64,000 bases of DNA from Candidatus Bathyarchaeia archaeon (GTDB lineage Archaea > Thermoproteota > Bathyarchaeia > Bathyarchaeales > Bathycorpusculaceae), in NCBI GenBank assembly GCA_038883715.1, contig JAVZLS010000001.1:1-64000 (forward strand), read 5' to 3'. The translations under genes and the position numbers were made by a program. Shown here piece by piece: positions 60,843 to 64,000 of the stretch. A model generated the notes under the pieces. That model searched no databases and was not told the DNA's origin. It saw only the letters and a program-made list of their open reading frames with translations. Each line of letters starts with the position of its first letter. Positions within the stretch are counted from its first letter, which is position 1.

Positions 60843-62114
60843 TTATTCGCTTGCCTTAACCTCTGGAAGTGTTAAATTCCCGTAAGGCATAACCCAAACC
60901 TTCGCGTTTTCCCCTACTATCTTGAACGCCTCGTTAAGGGCTTCATTCACTGTTCGCGCCGTTTTGAGTCTAAAAACGTTTGTGGCGTAATAGTCTGGCA
61001 TGGCTGAGACGAGGATTATTTGGGCTTTTTGCAGAGCCTTCATCAAATAGTAGGCTTTATGCCCACCCACAACAAAGTTGCGCTTAATCTCCCTTTCCAC
61101 AGCTTTTATATCCTTAAACTTAACCATCCAATCATAAAACGCTTGATTTCCATATCCTTCTGGGCATTCAGCCGCCAAAATTATGACGCCGCCACGCTTT
61201 ACAACCTCTAAAGCGCTGTCAACGCCCTTATAGGCTTGGAAGAGGTTCACGTCAAACGGGTGCCCGCCGGGGCTTACAACAACGATGTCGGCTCTCCGAT
61301 CCACTGGTATACGGTACATTTCATCTACAAGCTTAACGCCCTCGTAGAAGGCTTGCTCCAAGTCGCCAGCAAAAGCCCTCACAACTTCGCCTTTGCTGTT
61401 AATCACAACATTTAGGATAAAGTCAACCTTCGCCATCCTTGCGGCTTCAACCATATCCTCATGAACCGGATTTCCATCCAAGACACCAGTCCTAGCGTTT
61501 GGATGCAGAAGCATGGCATGATTAGCCTTAATAGTCTCCTCGCCTGCAACACCGGGCAAGACGCTCTTTCTACCACCGCCATAACCAGCATAATAATGGA
61601 AACACACGTCACCAGTCAAAATCTTCAAGTCAGCCTCAGCGAAAATGCGATTCAAATAAACTTTTGTTCCATATTTAGGCGTGGTGCCCACGTAAACAAG
61701 ATCTGGAGCCTTGCAGTCGTGGCTTACGGCTTTCACACGCTTTAGGACGCCCTCGCCTAAAAGTCTAACAGCCTCCTCGCTGGTGACAGCCCTATGCGCG
61801 CCACAACCAAAAACAATGGTCATGTTTTCATCCTTGACGCCAGCGCTGTTCAGCTCATCCAAAAGCGGAGGCACCATAACATGACTTGGCGCCGGCCTAG
61901 TGGCATCATCAACAACAATTGCCACCTTATGCTCAGGCTTGGCAATTTCGCTTAACCTCCGCGTGCCAATTGGCTCTTTTAAGGCTCTTTCAACCTCCGC
62001 CCGCGCATCCGGAACACCAGATTTCTCTTTCGGCTCAATAGAACCTAAAAAGTTCCGAGCTGGAACGCGAAGGCAAACCTCAGTCTTACCATAAGGAAGC
62101 CAAACATCAACCAT
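60843..62114 (-). CDS. larA: LarA-family nickel-pincer racemase/epimerase
   Basis: DATRP, GAHR, HYYAGYGGGRKS, FQAYKG. Confidence 0.88.
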   Translation of the reverse strand: MVDVWLPYGKTEVCLRVPARNFLGSIEPKEKSGVPDARAEVERALKEPIGTRRLSEIAKPEHKVAIVVDDATRPAPSHVMVPPLLDELNSAGVKDENMTIVFGCGAHRAVTSEEAVRLLGEGVLKRVKAVSHDCKAPDLVYVGTTPKYGTKVYLNRIFAEADLKILTGDVCFHYYAGYGGGRKSVLPGVAGEETIKANHAMLLHPNARTGVLDGNPVHEDMVEAARMAKVDFILNVVINSKGEVVRAFAGDLEQAFYEGVKLVDEMYRIPVDRRADIVVVSPGGHPFDVNLFQAYKGVDSALEVVKRGGVIILAAECPEGYGNQAFYDWMVKFKDIKAVEREIKRNFVVGGHKAYYLMKALQKAQIILVSAMPDYYATNVFRLKTARTVNEALNEAFKIVGENAKVWVMPYGNLTLPEVKASE

Positions 62115-62260
62115 TCATCATCACTTATGGTCTATCTAACACGGCAAACAACGTTATTAAGCATTTACAAGTAAGCTTCAATAAAATTTTATGGAAGAAC
62201 AGCCAAATCTTATATTCTTAAAGTCGTCTTGTTTCGGGAAGACAAGTGGAAAAAGTGGCT

Positions 62261-63487
62261 ATGGGGCTTCGAGAGATCCTCCGGCGGGAATTCTCCTTCA
62301 TAAGCGGCAACTACAAGGTCCTAGTAGTAAGCTGGATAATAATGGACCTTGCAATGGAGATGCCAGCCCCAAACTTTCAATACTATGTTCAGCATTTGGG
62401 AGGAACGGGCCTAGCATTAGGCGTTATAGGGTTGGCCAACTGGATTGGGATGGCTATTGTGGCTTTTCCAGGAGGCTACTTGGCGGACAAGTATGGTAGG
62501 CGCTGGCTCATAACAACCATGACCTTCATAATGGCTTTGTCAAACCTTTTCTTTGCGCTCGCCCCAACATGGCACTTCATACTAATAGGCACAATAATTC
62601 ACAGCCTATGCCTAATATATCAGCCAGCCCTCTTCGCAATGGTTCAAGACTCATTGCCTCCAGAACGAAGGGGAATGGGCTCCTCCATAATACAGCTAAT
62701 CCACGGCGCCTTCAACACTCCCGGCCCAATCATAGCGGGCTTTCTAATGATGAAATTTGGACTGGAATTGAGCATGAGGATAATCTACTTCATCGTCACA
62801 ACCCTCTTCCTCATAGCAGCCGCTTGGCGACTAAAGCTGAAAGAGACAATAGTTAATGCTGAACCCATGCGCTTCAGATACTTTATAGAGGCTTATCCAA
62901 AAGCCATCAAGGAAAGCGTCAGCGTCTGGAAGAAGGTGCCCCGCACAACCTTTTGGATTTTCGCAATAGAGACACTAATCATGTTTGGAGTGTCGCTTAC
63001 AAACGTGATAAACGCCGTTTATGCAAGGGATGTTCTGGGCATAGCTGAGAACCAGTGGTGGCTTGTCTACATACCCCTACTATTGACAATGATAATTGCC
63101 TCGCTCCCGATAGGCAAAATAGTGGATAAGTTTGGCAGGAAAATTCCGCTTGTCACTGGCTTAATCATTTTTGGCATCGCAACAACAATCTTCATGTTGG
63201 GCAACCTCCCGATGCTAATGCTTTCAATGGCACTGTTCGCCGTCGGCCAACTACTAGTCATGTCATCCGCTATGGCTCTCTCCACAGACCTCGTAAACCC
63301 GGAAAACAGAGGGAAAGTGGTCGGCTTTAGAAACTTCGTCAGCTACATTCTTTCAGGCTTAGGCATGTTGCTGGGCAACTACTTATACGTAAGCATTCTC
63401 CCACAACTTCCCTTTTATGCGGCTTTAGCACTGGTTGTTCCAGCACTTTTAATAGCTACATTCCTGGTTCAAGAGCCCAAAAAATAA
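62261..63487 (+). CDS. MFS transporter
   Basis: GYLADKYGRR and GKIVDKFGRK motif A, about 12 TMs. Confidence 0.92.
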   Translation: MGLREILRREFSFISGNYKVLVVSWIIMDLAMEMPAPNFQYYVQHLGGTGLALGVIGLANWIGMAIVAFPGGYLADKYGRRWLITTMTFIMALSNLFFALAPTWHFILIGTIIHSLCLIYQPALFAMVQDSLPPERRGMGSSIIQLIHGAFNTPGPIIAGFLMMKFGLELSMRIIYFIVTTLFLIAAAWRLKLKETIVNAEPMRFRYFIEAYPKAIKESVSVWKKVPRTTFWIFAIETLIMFGVSLTNVINAVYARDVLGIAENQWWLVYIPLLLTMIIASLPIGKIVDKFGRKIPLVTGLIIFGIATTIFMLGNLPMLMLSMALFAVGQLLVMSSAMALSTDLVNPENRGKVVGFRNFVSYILSGLGMLLGNYLYVSILPQLPFYAALALVVPALLIATFLVQEPKK

Positions 63488-63496
63488 AGAAAAAGG

Positions 63497-64000
63497 CTAG
63501 GAGGCGCATTTAAGCTCACGTATTTTCCTGTCAAAGATCCTGCGAAGCATGGATATAGGCAGATAACCATTAGCAGTTATGGTATCATGGAAAAACTTCT
63601 CGTCAAACCTTTCACCCATCTTCTGTTTAACCTCCTCCCTCAGTTTTAAGATCATATGTTTTCCCAGCAAATAGGACAGTGGATATCCGGGCGTCTGAGT
63701 GTAGCGGTTAACCTCCGCCACTGCAGCTTCTCTGGACATGCCAGCTTCTCTAACGAGCATGTCTACGGCTTCTTCAAAGCTCATTTCGCCTCTTGAAAGT
63801 TTAACATCAACTATTATGCGGACAGCCCGCCATATCATATCATTAATCTGTATTAGGCGTGTTTCCAAATCCGTTATGAAGCCCTTCTCCCACATAAGCT
63901 CCTCACAATAATGCGCCCAACCCTCGACAGTTTCGGAGCCTTCAGCTAAAAGCCTAATTACGCTTCCACGGTTCGAAACGGAACCTTGAAGGAAGTGTCC
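63497..64000 (-). CDS. DUF885 family protein, 5'-truncated by window edge
   Basis: Frame open to 64000; GHFLQ, EGWAHYCE, RAVRIIVD, EVNRY, SYLLG. Confidence 0.85.
   Translation of the reverse strand, partial: GHFLQGSVSNRGSVIRLLAEGSETVEGWAHYCEELMWEKGFITDLETRLIQINDMIWRAVRIIVDVKLSRGEMSFEEAVDMLVREAGMSREAAVAEVNRYTQTPGYPLSYLLGKHMILKLREEVKQKMGERFDEKFFHDTITANGYLPISMLRRIFDRKIRELKCAS

Overview
Archaeal chromosomal window. Gene content, 16S sequence and intron-bearing tRNAs fit a TACK lineage, most likely Bathyarchaeia (inference, no database search run). Most of it is housekeeping and metabolism: AcnX/mevalonate genes, an ABC exporter with a large surface protein, TRAM/SSB cluster, map, trpS, pheST, rpiA, nreA, antiporters, ppa, nucS, polyferredoxin plus HdrA-MvhD, rqc2, radA, fumarase and larA. 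RNA genes are four tRNAs (Glu, Trp with two introns, Met with one intron, Asp), a 5S rRNA and a stand-alone 16S rRNA. The standout is a 4,709-bp element integrated in tRNA-Glu(TTC). It has 44-bp att repeats at 2596-2639 and 7305-7348, an SSV1-type split integrase, a divergent wHTH/RHH switch and one 80-aa two-helix protein resembling spindle-shaped-virus major capsid proteins, but no recognisable replication, packaging or adhesin genes. It is a candidate capsid-encoding satellite or minimal spindle-shaped provirus. Other highlights: a thiolase lacking its catalytic residues next to a DUF35-HMG-CoA synthase fusion, a possible ACG start or in-frame TGA in AcnX, a G.U-rich 5' leader hairpin on a TRAM-SSB-TRAM cluster, a TasA/bundling-pilus-like pair with a PEF-CTERM anchor beside a dead integrase, and a ~43-bp dispersed repeat downstream of two genes.
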